Shown in pieces: positions 10,449 through 18,653 of a DNA stretch of 55,170 nt. The DNA lies in the IMG/VR virus record IMGVR_UViG_3300025607_000090, positions 1 through 55,170 of that record; one strand, written 5' to 3'. The position numbers and the translations under genes are program-made. The notes below the pieces were generated by a model. The model was not told the DNA's origin. It made no database searches and was given only the letters and a program-made list of their open reading frames with translations. Each line of letters opens with the position of its first letter. Within the stretch, counting starts at the first letter, position 1. Source of the stretch: a virus (taxonomy: Duplodnaviria > Caudoviricetes).

Positions 10449-10471
10449 AAATGACTACACTTTGACTACAT
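10449..10471 (+). repeat. Direct repeat copy 1, AAATGACTACACTTTGACTACAT (arm-type integrase site-like)
   Basis: Tandem TGACTACA at 11-bp spacing; identical 23-mer at 11988-12010. Confidence 0.8.
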
Positions 10472-10500
10472 GGGTTAGGGCAGCCTGTGGTTGCTATGGT

Positions 10501-10584
10501 ATTTAACGCCCCTCTAATAAGTGAACCAAGGCTGGTATGACAGCCTTGGTGAATCTTAATTTAGAGGCTTGTGATCTGTTGGCT
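10501..10584 (-). repeat. attC-like integron cassette site (left array)
   Basis: Minus strand: R'' AGCCAAC overlapping the stop codon, CCTCTAA/TTAGAGG stem, ACCAAGGCTG/CAGCCTTGGT hairpin, R' GTTAAAT. Confidence 0.8.
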
Positions 10585-10807
10585 AGCCATTGCCGAATTC
10601 ATTACCTACAGCACCACCTGAATTGCCAGCCAAAACGTAAGACATATTGGTTTTGTTACAGTCAATCATTACACGACATGAAGGGCATTGCGCTTTATTG
10701 CCGCTAGTTGTTGCGGATTCAAATGTTGCAGTATCTCTAAAAAATATTGGAGAATTAAATCGATTTCCACATTTACATTTGATAAATGATTCTTTAATTT
10801 GGGTCAT
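10583..10807 (-). CDS. Small zinc-ribbon protein (cassette cargo); start moved to ATG 10807
   Basis: CKCG and CPSC motifs; AAGGA RBS; the longer start would lie inside the upstream attC. Confidence 0.7.
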   Translation of the reverse strand: MTQIKESFIKCKCGNRFNSPIFFRDTATFESATTSGNKAQCPSCRVMIDCNKTNMSYVLAGNSGGAVGNEFGNG

Positions 10808-10837
10808 TTCACTTTTCCTTGTTGATGATAAATTTGT

Positions 10838-10906
10838 TGCCAACGGCTGATTCATGATTAAACACAGCCAACTGTTTTTGTCCTTTTGAAAGACTTATAG
10901 TTAGCT
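10838..10906 (-). repeat. attC-like integron cassette site (left array, internally degenerate)
   Basis: Minus strand: R'' AGCTAAC containing the HNH stop, AAGTCTTTCAAAAGGACAAAAACAGTTGGCT arm, R' GTTGGCA complementary to the next cassette's GCCAAC. Confidence 0.65.
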
Positions 10907-11779
10907 GTAGTGTTCTTCAATACGATTCAAAGACTCTTTTTCAAATTTTAGAGCTTCTTTTCTGTTCCCCAAATATCGAGGTATGCCATCCATTGCCATA
11001 AAGCCACCAATTGGTTTATCGTGGTGACCAATAATTAAACCACCAAAACAATTTGACGCGCTGCAACCACTAATTACAGATGAATTATTTGTAATTAATA
11101 TATTTTTAGGGCGTACTAAAATTTCTACACCATTCCTTAAAAATCGACCTCGATTAATAATAACTTTGTTAGGAGGGCAAAATTTTATTTCAAATAAAAT
11201 TTTTCTATGAGCTTCTCTGACTGTCAATGTCGTGCCAACTAATTGAATATCCCAAGATTCAGTAGAGTAATAAAGTTGATTGTTTTTGATATGAAGAATT
11301 GGAGAATTGAATTCATCAAAAATAACAAGATTCAATAATAAATGCCCATCAGCCAAAATTAGAGCAATCAATGGTGTCCCATCAACACTAATTGGAACCA
11401 TTGCAGTGCCATACCCTTGATCTTGACAAGTAAAGGTATTACTACCAATTTCGACCGTTGCATTGTTTCCTGCGAAATGTAAGTTATATGGTTTAGAAAC
11501 ACCCTCCTTTAGATTATGCGGATTTTCATTAGCAAGGCTTACAACTTCTTTTGGTAATAAACCACCTGTTTTTTCTCTGTGATGTTGGTCGCAGAGTAAT
11601 GTTATTTCATCAGAAACATGTCGTTGAACTTCAGCCCACTCTTCCATGTGCTCATATTCATAAAGCGGTATTCCACAAATAACACAACCAAAACCACATC
11701 GTTGACGGACTTCTCTCTGAATTGGTAATGGAATATTTCTACTATTACATTGTTCTATAACTTTCAAGATAACCTCCAT
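10901..11779 (-). CDS. HNH endonuclease with beta-rich C-terminal domain (cassette cargo)
   Basis: R.IP..I.REVRQRCGFGCVICG...EYEH...ITLLCDQHH; alternative TTG start at 11767 after GGAGG. Confidence 0.88.
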   Translation of the reverse strand: MEVILKVIEQCNSRNIPLPIQREVRQRCGFGCVICGIPLYEYEHMEEWAEVQRHVSDEITLLCDQHHREKTGGLLPKEVVSLANENPHNLKEGVSKPYNLHFAGNNATVEIGSNTFTCQDQGYGTAMVPISVDGTPLIALILADGHLLLNLVIFDEFNSPILHIKNNQLYYSTESWDIQLVGTTLTVREAHRKILFEIKFCPPNKVIINRGRFLRNGVEILVRPKNILITNNSSVISGCSASNCFGGLIIGHHDKPIGGFMAMDGIPRYLGNRKEALKFEKESLNRIEEHYS

Positions 11780-11788
11780 GTGATGAAT

Positions 11789-11820
11789 GCAGCTAATATT
11801 TGTATATCAAACATGCTCAT
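11789..11820 (-). other. attI-like cassette entry site (left array)
   Basis: ATGAGCATGTTTGATATACAAAT-ATTAGCTGC; near-copy of 52088-52118; TTAGCTG complements the HNH cassette's R'' CAGCTAAC. Confidence 0.65.
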
Positions 11821-11987
11821 ACCATAAAAATAATTTATGAAATAATACATCTAAAAATAACGTATTAACTCTATTTCGGTGTGTAGGGTAAGCCGGAGAA
11901 ACGAGCATGCCTACTTTGTCGGCTTGTAACTAATTGACTATACGCAGTTATTTTAAACAGGCAATAAATAACTGAGCATAGCTTTAA

Positions 11988-12010
11988 AAATGACTACACT
12001 TTGACTACAT
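11988..12010 (+). repeat. Direct repeat copy 2, AAATGACTACACTTTGACTACAT
   Basis: Identical to 10449-10471; both copies are followed by TAGGGCA..TGTGGTTG. Confidence 0.8.
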
Positions 12011-12061
12011 AGAACGTAGACATTGTGGCTTATTTTGATAGGGCATGTGGTTGGCTGTTTT

Positions 12062-12074
12062 TAAGTTATTGATT
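12062..12074 (-). promoter_or_regulatory. IHF-binding consensus in the att-like region
   Basis: AATCAATAACTTA matches WATCAANNNNTTR; lies between the arm-type repeat and the tRNA fragment. Confidence 0.6.
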
Positions 12075-12088
12075 TTAGGTGCTCTATA

Positions 12089-12116
12089 GGCGGTTCAAGT
12101 CCCCCCGTCCACACCA
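12089..12116 (+). other. tRNA 3'-end fragment (tRNA-Leu-like att core), not a full tRNA
   Basis: GGCGG-TTCAAGT-CCCCC T-arm (one mismatch), 7-nt acceptor strand, ACCA end; no D or anticodon arm upstream. Confidence 0.75.
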
Positions 12117-12122
12117 AAATTA

Positions 12123-12155
12123 TAAAGCCCGTAACTCATTGAGTTACGGGCTTTT
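12123..12155. terminator. Bidirectional rho-independent terminator downstream of cI
   Basis: AAAGCCCGTAACTC-ATT-GAGTTACGGGCTTT perfect stem. Confidence 0.85.
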
Positions 12156-12222
12156 AGCTGTTTTTAGTCGCTTTGTGGCGTCAGGGGGTACGCTCCCTTC
12201 GTGAAATAGGTGTCTAAAATTT

Positions 12223-12873
12223 CTATTCCTGCATAAATGCGCCGATAACCAAGCCACAAACCTGGACCCCATCTTCGGGCTTTATTAGTTCATGCCTGTC
12301 ATTTAACGGTTTCAGGTATTGCTGGCCGCTTTCGTCTTCCATTAACTGCTTAAAAGTGCAGGCGCTACCAAGGCGGGCAACCACCCGCTGACCAGGCATT
12401 GCGCTTCGATCTGGATCTACAAAAATTATGGTGCCTTCTGGATAACTGCGCATACCTGGGAACGCTGCGGTCATCGAGTCGCCTTTAACTTGCAGCGCAT
12501 AAGTACGCGGACCGGCATTTCTTACCGGGCAGGGATAGTACTCGGTAGATTCATCCAACGGTGCTAATTGGCCTGCTTCACAAAAAGCACCGGCCTGAAT
12601 CCAACTGATTAAGGGAACTGGCTTAACATGAGGCACTGATATTGTATTTTCACTATCCACAGCCCTTGTTGGAGAGCCAGTGCCATAAAGCAACCAATCA
12701 GGATCAACGCCTAATACTTTACAAAGTAATATTAAATTTTTACCGCTAGGGTTTGCTGTGCCTTTTCTCCACTGGCTAATCGTACCTTTTGAGATACCTG
12801 TTTTATTTATAACATCAACGGAGCGGAGCTTTAACTCGCTCATTCTTTTAATTATGCGATCTGAAATATTCAT
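12223..12873 (-). CDS. cI: CI-like repressor (HTH plus S24 autopeptidase)
   Basis: HTH (GISKGTISQW), VPLISWIQAG cleavage site, GDSM and TFK catalytic dyad; ATG 12873 preferred over TTG 12882. Confidence 0.95.
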   Translation of the reverse strand: MNISDRIIKRMSELKLRSVDVINKTGISKGTISQWRKGTANPSGKNLILLCKVLGVDPDWLLYGTGSPTRAVDSENTISVPHVKPVPLISWIQAGAFCEAGQLAPLDESTEYYPCPVRNAGPRTYALQVKGDSMTAAFPGMRSYPEGTIIFVDPDRSAMPGQRVVARLGSACTFKQLMEDESGQQYLKPLNDRHELIKPEDGVQVCGLVIGAFMQE

Positions 12874-12874
12874 A

Positions 12875-12937
12875 GTTAACAATGCTAAACCTTTTTTGGT
12901 TTATTGTTATGGACTTATTGAGTTTAGACTGCTAAAC
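12875..12937. promoter_or_regulatory. OR operator region (three operators)
   Basis: GTTTAG-ACTG-CTAAAC (12922-12937), GTTAAC-AATG-CTAAAC (12875-12890), degenerate copy at 12899-12914. Confidence 0.8.
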
Positions 12938-12971
12938 TTTTTGGTAAATTAATGATTCGGCGGTAAGGGAA

Positions 12972-13166
12972 ATGAACAAGGTTGACGCTATACAACATTT
13001 TGGAACGCAGCAGAATTTAGCTAGAGCACTAGGGATAACAAAAAGCTCGATCTCCCAATGGGGCGACTCCATCCCAATGCGTCGCGCCTATGAATTGGAA
13101 CGGATCACTAATGGTGCCCTAAAGGCAATTTCACCAAGCGGTGACAAAAGACAGAAAGCCGCATAA
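12972..13166 (+). CDS. cro: Cro-like repressor
   Basis: FGTQQNLARALGITKSSISQWG HTH, divergent from cI. Confidence 0.92.
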   Translation: MNKVDAIQHFGTQQNLARALGITKSSISQWGDSIPMRRAYELERITNGALKAISPSGDKRQKAA

Positions 13167-13183
13167 GCAACGAGGAATTAGTC

Positions 13184-13411
13184 ATGAGTAAACCATTACA
13201 CAAGCAGCACACTAATGAATACAAAGTTCGGCTGATTGATGAAGATAGCGAAAACTTGCAACGCCTATCTGATTTAACCGGTATAGCGCCAGCAATCATT
13301 GCGCGTAACGCCATCAAATCTGCGTTGTTCCAAGCTCAATTAAAAGGCGCGCTTGCGTCTAGCGATAACAAGAACATCTTACCGTACAACTTCGCAGATA
13401 AAAGGGGCTAA
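13184..13411 (+). CDS. Small DNA-binding protein in the CII position (ribbon-helix-helix-like)
   Basis: KVRL..E...L..L...G..PA.IAR pattern; follows cro. Confidence 0.55.
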   Translation: MSKPLHKQHTNEYKVRLIDEDSENLQRLSDLTGIAPAIIARNAIKSALFQAQLKGALASSDNKNILPYNFADKRG

Positions 13412-13413
13412 CG

Positions 13414-13665
13414 GTGTCGAATATCACTTTAAATGCGCTGGACTTTGATTCCATTGAGCTAGAGCAACTTGATTCGTTAGCTAAGAAAAATAACCTAAGC
13501 GTTGAGCAAGTGTTGGGGCGCCTAATGTCTCAATTTATCGCTGAGCAAAAACAAGATATATACACCGATCTAACCGAGGGCCTAATAGCCTATCCGTCAA
13601 TAAAAATAGGGCCTAAGAGTACGACACTTGAATTGCCCGTGGCATGTAGAAGGGTCGTTCACTAA
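13414..13665 (+). CDS. Hypothetical protein (possible RHH)
   Basis: GTG start, coupled in the PR operon. Confidence 0.5.
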   Translation: MSNITLNALDFDSIELEQLDSLAKKNNLSVEQVLGRLMSQFIAEQKQDIYTDLTEGLIAYPSIKIGPKSTTLELPVACRRVVH

Positions 13666-13928
13666 TGGATAACGCAGATCGTGCAAGTGAACCACGAAAT
13701 AATTTCTCAGATGAAACGATAGAAAACTGTCGAGATGCGATGTATTCGATTCTTGTGGCTAGTGGCAACCATATACACATTTTTGAATATGAGGGCGTTT
13801 CGGGCCTAGAGAATGAGGAGTGGATACTCATACATAACAACGCCACGCCTCTGATGGATAGTTTACGAACTGAAATTGCTCAGTTAAAGCGCAAGGTAGC
13901 GATTCTTGAATCTGCCGTCTCCAGCTAA
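13665..13928 (+). CDS. Hypothetical protein
   Basis: TAATG coupling; shares its 5' end with the 14270 gene. Confidence 0.5.
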   Translation: MDNADRASEPRNNFSDETIENCRDAMYSILVASGNHIHIFEYEGVSGLENEEWILIHNNATPLMDSLRTEIAQLKRKVAILESAVSS

Positions 13929-14180
13929 TGGCTTAAATTTAACTAAGTTCTTTGGCGGCTCGCAAGGCTTGGCCCCTATTTTTCTGGCGATCTCCTCGAG
14001 TGTTGGCGTGAAAAGTAGTGTGGTAGTTACTGTTTCAGGGCAGTAGTTAGAAAACATGGCTATATCAGCCTCGCCGAGATTGTTTAGGTTGGCCTGAAAA
14101 TAAAGATTGATTTCAGACAGGATGTCTTTCATGTGAAGACCATGAAGATCATCTTGTGTGGTGGAGTACCAGTTCGACAT
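13884..14180 (-). CDS. Hypothetical moron-like protein, antisense to the PR operon
   Basis: GAGGT RBS, 98 aa. Confidence 0.6.
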   Translation of the reverse strand: MSNWYSTTQDDLHGLHMKDILSEINLYFQANLNNLGEADIAMFSNYCPETVTTTLLFTPTLEEIARKIGAKPCEPPKNLVKFKPLAGDGRFKNRYLAL

Positions 14181-14269
14181 AAGTTTACCTCAGTAGTTGT
14201 TGGTTGGGTTTTGTGTGGTAACAGCACTCTATCAGCAACTTCTGACTTTTCATATAAATAGGATAGAGC

Positions 14270-14461
14270 ATGGATAACGCAGACGTAGCAAGCAGAGAGC
14301 AAGCGCAGGAATTAAAGGCAGCACTCTCACATAAGAAGCCAGCATTAGGCCCGATTGGGATTTGTCGCAATTGTAATGAACCGATTAAAACTGGTTGTTT
14401 TTGTGATGGCGATTGCCGCGAGGATCATGAAAAACGCGAACGATTTAAAGGGGCTGCGTAA
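14270..14461 (+). CDS. TraR/DksA-like C4 zinc-finger protein
   Basis: MD.AD.AS..E start; CRNC...FCDGDC. Confidence 0.75.
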   Translation: MDNADVASREQAQELKAALSHKKPALGPIGICRNCNEPIKTGCFCDGDCREDHEKRERFKGAA

Positions 14462-14627
14462 TGGTAATAGGATTTTGGATTTATATCACTTTAGTGATTG
14501 GGGCTTACTTGTGTGTGATGCGCAATCTAGGTAAGGGATTAACACCGGCGCGAGTAGTAAACGCCAGATAAAGAAAAACCCTGTCGAGGTAGGACTCGTA
14601 TGACAGGGCTTCACCAGAGGAAACATT

Positions 14628-15491
14628 ATGACAAATACAGCGAAGGTAATCAACTTTCCAGTACGTAACACTGAGAGCGAGAATGAATACGTGAAAGCGG
14701 ATTTAGATAATGGTTACACGCGACTGGCCAATACCCTATTTGAAGCGTTGGCCAGTAATCCAGCTAAGCTGGCAGGGCGAGAATATCAGGTGTTTTGCGC
14801 AATCGTGTTAAAGACCTACCGTTTTCACAAAAAAACCGATTGGATAGCTCAGTCACAAATTGTTGAAATAACCGGCATTAGTAAAAGTAATGTCTCTGAT
14901 TTGATTAAATCACTTATAAACAAGTGTGTCGTAATTAAGTCTGGTAGAAATATTGGTGTAAACCCTGTGATTTCTGAGTGGAAGCAGTTCTCAAATCCAA
15001 GAACAAAAGTTCTCGAATCTAAGAACTCGAGTTCTCCAATTCAAGAACAAAAGTTCTCGAATTCGACCCCTACAATAAGAAAGAAACTTATACATAAGAA
15101 TATTAATAATATTACTTGTGCGTTAACCGCCATTTCACCCGTTGAGAAAACGAAACCTACTCGCATTAAAAAACCGCAGGCCTTTAAAGATTTCTTTTCG
15201 CTATACCCAGCTCACCGACGTGGTGGTTCAGATGCCCAGGCATGGAAAGTTTGGAAATCTGAAAAGTTAACAGACCAGGACTCCACCGATGTAATCAACT
15301 GGCTAACCGCAGCAGCTCAATCTAACTCGCAATGGCGAACCGATGCTAATGGCCAATTTGTTTTCGGCATCACTCGATTCATTCGAGAGCGCTTGTGGCT
15401 AACCCCAGTCCCTATTGCTCAGCAAGTTAAGCGCGACATCAACGCTGTCAGTCAATCAACCCAAGCAATACCAGCCGGCTTTAGGAGCTAA
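14628..15491 (+). CDS. Lambda O-like replication initiator
   Basis: ADLDNGYTRLAN.L, KTY.FHKK.DWIA motifs; internal iterons. Confidence 0.92.
   Translation: MTNTAKVINFPVRNTESENEYVKADLDNGYTRLANTLFEALASNPAKLAGREYQVFCAIVLKTYRFHKKTDWIAQSQIVEITGISKSNVSDLIKSLINKCVVIKSGRNIGVNPVISEWKQFSNPRTKVLESKNSSSPIQEQKFSNSTPTIRKKLIHKNINNITCALTAISPVEKTKPTRIKKPQAFKDFFSLYPAHRRGGSDAQAWKVWKSEKLTDQDSTDVINWLTAAAQSNSQWRTDANGQFVFGITRFIRERLWLTPVPIAQQVKRDINAVSQSTQAIPAGFRS
14987..15113 (+). repeat. Replication origin: four 22-bp-period iterons plus an AT-rich tract
   Basis: GTTCTC.AAT..AAGAAC at 14987, 15009 and 15031, partial copy at 15053, then AT-rich 15075-15113. Confidence 0.85.
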
Positions 15492-15501
15492 GGAGATCAT
15501 C

Positions 15502-16236
15502 ATGGGAACCATAACAACACAATCATTATTAATTCGAATGAATCGCATGATGCCAGCAACGGCTAAGAAATATGCATCAGGCAAGGATCGTGACGCCATC
15601 CGCGCAGAAATTGAAGCTGAAGGGAAACAAGCTGGTATCGATTGTGGTAATTCACTCAAGCACGCCCGTCTGAATAACGTAATTGGTCGGTCTGGAATTC
15701 TCCCTATCCATAAAAACAGTTCGTTCGATAATTACATTGTGAATAGTGATGATCAGGCTAAAGCACTAGAAGCAGCCAAGTCGTTTGCTTATGAATTTAA
15801 AGGCCGCGGTGGTTTTGTGTTTTCGGGCAGTTACGGTACGGGTAAAAACCATCTGGCGTCTGCGATTGGCAATCATTTATTACTCGAAGATTACCGGATC
15901 ATGATAGTCACTGTGGCCGACCTAATGGTTAAGTTTCGTGAGTGCTACGGCAAGAACGCCACTAAATCAGAAGAAAGGTTAATTGAACAAATGGTCTCGT
16001 TAGACTTACTTGTAATCGATGAAGTCGGCGTTCAGCACGGTTCGCCAAATGAACTAATTTTGCTTAACCAAATTATAGACCGGAGGTGTTCATACCTTCG
16101 GCCTACCGGCATCTTAACCAATTTAGGAGAGGGTGAATTATCTAACCTTCTTGGTGGCCGAGTGATTGAACGATTGAAAGATCGCGGTGGTATTTGGGTT
16201 AATTTTTATTGGGAATCATTCAGAGGGACCAAGTAA
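15502..16236 (+). CDS. DnaC/IstB-like helicase loader ATPase
   Basis: GSYGTGKNHLA Walker A, LLVIDEVG Walker B; AAGGAG RBS before ATG 15502. Confidence 0.92.
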   Translation: MGTITTQSLLIRMNRMMPATAKKYASGKDRDAIRAEIEAEGKQAGIDCGNSLKHARLNNVIGRSGILPIHKNSSFDNYIVNSDDQAKALEAAKSFAYEFKGRGGFVFSGSYGTGKNHLASAIGNHLLLEDYRIMIVTVADLMVKFRECYGKNATKSEERLIEQMVSLDLLVIDEVGVQHGSPNELILLNQIIDRRCSYLRPTGILTNLGEGELSNLLGGRVIERLKDRGGIWVNFYWESFRGTK

Positions 16237-16446
16237 ATGACTCATAACATCGCATTGAAAGTGCCAGCAGAGCAGCTATCACTCGAGCGTGATTTAAAAG
16301 CCAGCGCGATGATCTACAAGGTTCGCCACGGAATGATGGCCCGCAGCGATGTAACTGCAGAGCTTAATAAAATTAGCGATATTGACGAGTACAACGATAT
16401 GCGTAAACGAGTAAATAAATATCAACGAGTGAAGGTGGCAGCATGA
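16237..16446 (+). CDS. Small protein (DUF3283-like)
   Basis: NIAL....E....E.D..AS...YK pattern. Confidence 0.5.
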   Translation: MTHNIALKVPAEQLSLERDLKASAMIYKVRHGMMARSDVTAELNKISDIDEYNDMRKRVNKYQRVKVAA

Positions 16447-16721
16447 AAAACCAATTTAGCACGATGACTAATTTAACACCCCGTGGCCAACTGATTATTG
16501 GCGGTGTAAGCATAAACTGCGAGCGTCTAGCGCAAGAGCCTATTGATGCGGGCAAAGCCTTTTCAGATTTAGCTCAGGCAATCACGGTTGTTAGTGAAAA
16601 ATTCGATACCGGACCCGAAGTTCGCGATGCGCTTATCCAAGCTGGGGCGTTTATTAGAGGGACTATTAAGGCTAAAGCCGCAAACGATGGTCCGGTTAAA
16701 GAGGCTGAGACTGATGGCTGA
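16443..16721 (+). CDS. Hypothetical phage protein
   Basis: ATGA coupling with the upstream gene. Confidence 0.55.
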   Translation: MKNQFSTMTNLTPRGQLIIGGVSINCERLAQEPIDAGKAFSDLAQAITVVSEKFDTGPEVRDALIQAGAFIRGTIKAKAANDGPVKEAETDG

Positions 16722-17169
16722 GCTACTGCTAATGAAAACCCCACAAGGCTTAATCCCCACTGACGAGGAACAATCCGAGTTAATGAAGCGGGTAAAGGTT
16801 GGCAAAGTGATCAAAGTGAAATGGTCCGAAGTGCGCAATTATGATTTTCATAAGAAATTCTTTGCCATGTTAAACCTTGGCTTTGATGCGTTCGAGCCGC
16901 CAGAGCAAACATTCAGGGGAATGCGGGTCGAAAAGAACTTCGACAGATTTAGAAAAGACTGCGTTATTCAAGCCGGTTACTACGATGTTGCGGTAAATCT
17001 TAACGGTGATGTTAAGGCTGAAGCACATTCAATTAGCTTTGGCCGTATGAGCCAAGAAGAATTTGAAAAGGTTTATAACGCCGTAGCCAATGTGCTGCTC
17101 TTAAAGGTTTTAAGAAATTACACGCGGCCAGATTTAGATCGCGTTGTTGAACAGTTAATAAGGTTTTAG
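16714..17169 (+). CDS. DUF1367-family (NinB-like) protein
   Basis: RNYDFHKKFFAMLNLGF and SISFGRMSQEEF motifs. Confidence 0.85.
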   Translation: MAELLLMKTPQGLIPTDEEQSELMKRVKVGKVIKVKWSEVRNYDFHKKFFAMLNLGFDAFEPPEQTFRGMRVEKNFDRFRKDCVIQAGYYDVAVNLNGDVKAEAHSISFGRMSQEEFEKVYNAVANVLLLKVLRNYTRPDLDRVVEQLIRF

Positions 17170-17172
17170 TTA

Positions 17173-17460
17173 ATGGCAATTCGCAGCAAGAAAATCACCC
17201 AAAGCGCCAGGAATCAAGATTGCACATTACGATTACCGGGCATCTGTAATTTTAATCCTGAAACAACGGTTTTTGCACACATAGGGACTAATCGGGGCAT
17301 GGGCTTTAAATGCTCTGATGTCGTTGGCGTTTATGCCTGCAGTAATTGCCATAGCGAAATCGACGGCGTTAACCGACACGCGCTTGCTGCTGACAAGTTA
17401 CGAGCACTTGAAGAAACCTTGGGGATACTAATTAGCAACGCTTTGGTGAAAGTTGCATGA
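17173..17460 (+). CDS. DUF1364-family zinc-binding nuclease-like protein
   Basis: CTLRLPGICNFNPETTVFAH...ACSNCH. Confidence 0.85.
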   Translation: MAIRSKKITQSARNQDCTLRLPGICNFNPETTVFAHIGTNRGMGFKCSDVVGVYACSNCHSEIDGVNRHALAADKLRALEETLGILISNALVKVA

Positions 17461-17765
17461 GAAACAAGTATCGCGCAGTAAAAACCGTTGTAGGTGGCAT
17501 TAAGTTTGATTCAAAGAAAGAGGCTGCGCGGTACCAGGTGCTAAGAATGCTCGAGCGAACAGGGCATATCCAAGCGCTAAAGCTGCAACCTCGCTTTGAT
17601 TTGATCATTAACGGCGTTAAGTGCGGTTTTTATAAAGCAGATTTTGAATACATCGACAACGGCAACCGAGTTATCGAGGACGTAAAAGGTATGAAAACGC
17701 CAATATACAATTTAAAGAAAAAGCTCGTTAAAGCAATTCATAACATTGATATTCACGAAACATAG
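17457..17765 (+). CDS. DUF1064-family PD-(D/E)XK nuclease
   Basis: NKYRA.K...GIKFDSKKEA, Y.ADF.Y, IEDVKG. Confidence 0.88.
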   Translation: MRNKYRAVKTVVGGIKFDSKKEAARYQVLRMLERTGHIQALKLQPRFDLIINGVKCGFYKADFEYIDNGNRVIEDVKGMKTPIYNLKKKLVKAIHNIDIHET

Positions 17766-17773
17766 GACCAACA

Positions 17774-18325
17774 ATGCACGCAATCACATTGATTAGTAAA
17801 ATGGCACCAAAGGCAATCAACTATGATGCTGTCGGCGGTGGAAGCTCACTAGATGTTATCGATTGGAGGGATGCGGCGCATTCATTAGTAGGATTAAGCA
17901 CAGACGCGGGTAACTGGGCCTTGTATCGTTTTGCTGGGCAAGAAGAAAAGCGCCATCGTATTGTTCGGTCATTAGCAATGAATATCACCCTATTTATCAA
18001 GTTACGCCGCTACAAAATCAAGCAAGAAACTCTCGACGGTATCATCAACGCCGCAATCTTTGAATTTGAGTTACCACTTTGCGGCGTGTGCGATGGTAGC
18101 GGTATTAAAATAAATGCAGAACGAGAGTTTCGCGACTGTTCACCCTGCAGAGGGAGAGGGCGTAAATCACTATCAATGCGCAAGAGAGCCACAATCATCG
18201 GCATTGACCATACAAGCTACACCAACAATCATGATGAAGTAGCAAAGGCCCTGATGAGCATTATCGCGACTTGGGAACAGCAGATTATTAAGAATGTGAA
18301 TAAAAAGGCCGAGGATGTTGCATAG
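17774..18325 (+). CDS. Antitermination protein Q-like
   Basis: CGVCDGSG...CSPCRGRG zinc finger; last early gene before the lysis and late genes. Confidence 0.75.
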   Translation: MHAITLISKMAPKAINYDAVGGGSSLDVIDWRDAAHSLVGLSTDAGNWALYRFAGQEEKRHRIVRSLAMNITLFIKLRRYKIKQETLDGIINAAIFEFELPLCGVCDGSGIKINAEREFRDCSPCRGRGRKSLSMRKRATIIGIDHTSYTNNHDEVAKALMSIIATWEQQIIKNVNKKAEDVA

Positions 18326-18376
18326 AAAGTTCGTGTTAATGTATGTTTAAGTTATTGAATATGCAGGAGCGGTGAA

Positions 18377-18586
18377 ATGAAAAACGAAGATCTAGACGCT
18401 AAGGGGATAATAGCGGGCGCTGTCGTATGGCTAGTGCTCGTAAGTGTGATGGCCGGTGAATTTGTATGCGCAAAACTAAATGTGTGCGGCACCGACGATT
18501 TGATAATGAATAGCGTTATTGCTATCGGCTTCGTGGCTCCAGCATGGTTTGTGGCGCATCTCGTTAGTGGTGGGCCTCAAAAATAG
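18377..18586 (+). CDS. Small two-TM membrane protein
   Basis: AGGAG RBS, two hydrophobic segments. Confidence 0.55.
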   Translation: MKNEDLDAKGIIAGAVVWLVLVSVMAGEFVCAKLNVCGTDDLIMNSVIAIGFVAPAWFVAHLVSGGPQK

Positions 18587-18598
18587 CCACTGTGCAAA

Positions 18599-18653
18599 TG
18601 CGCAATACAAAGTGCGCACTGAATATTGTGCGCACTGCGCAACTAACTGCGCA
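18599..18653. repeat. Cluster of five TGCGCA palindromes
   Basis: Copies at 18599, 18613, 18629, 18636 and 18648. Confidence 0.8.

Noticed and set aside
10894-10907. 14-bp CTTATAGTTAGCTG also present at 50361-50374
   Set aside because: Half of the match is the constrained R-box sequence and the two copies play opposite roles (R'' versus R'); the remainder may be chance.
12089-12116. Complete tRNA or tmRNA gene, or this prophage's own att end
   Set aside because: Only the T-arm and acceptor 3' strand are present. It lies 11 kb from int, inside the immunity region, with no second copy in the window.
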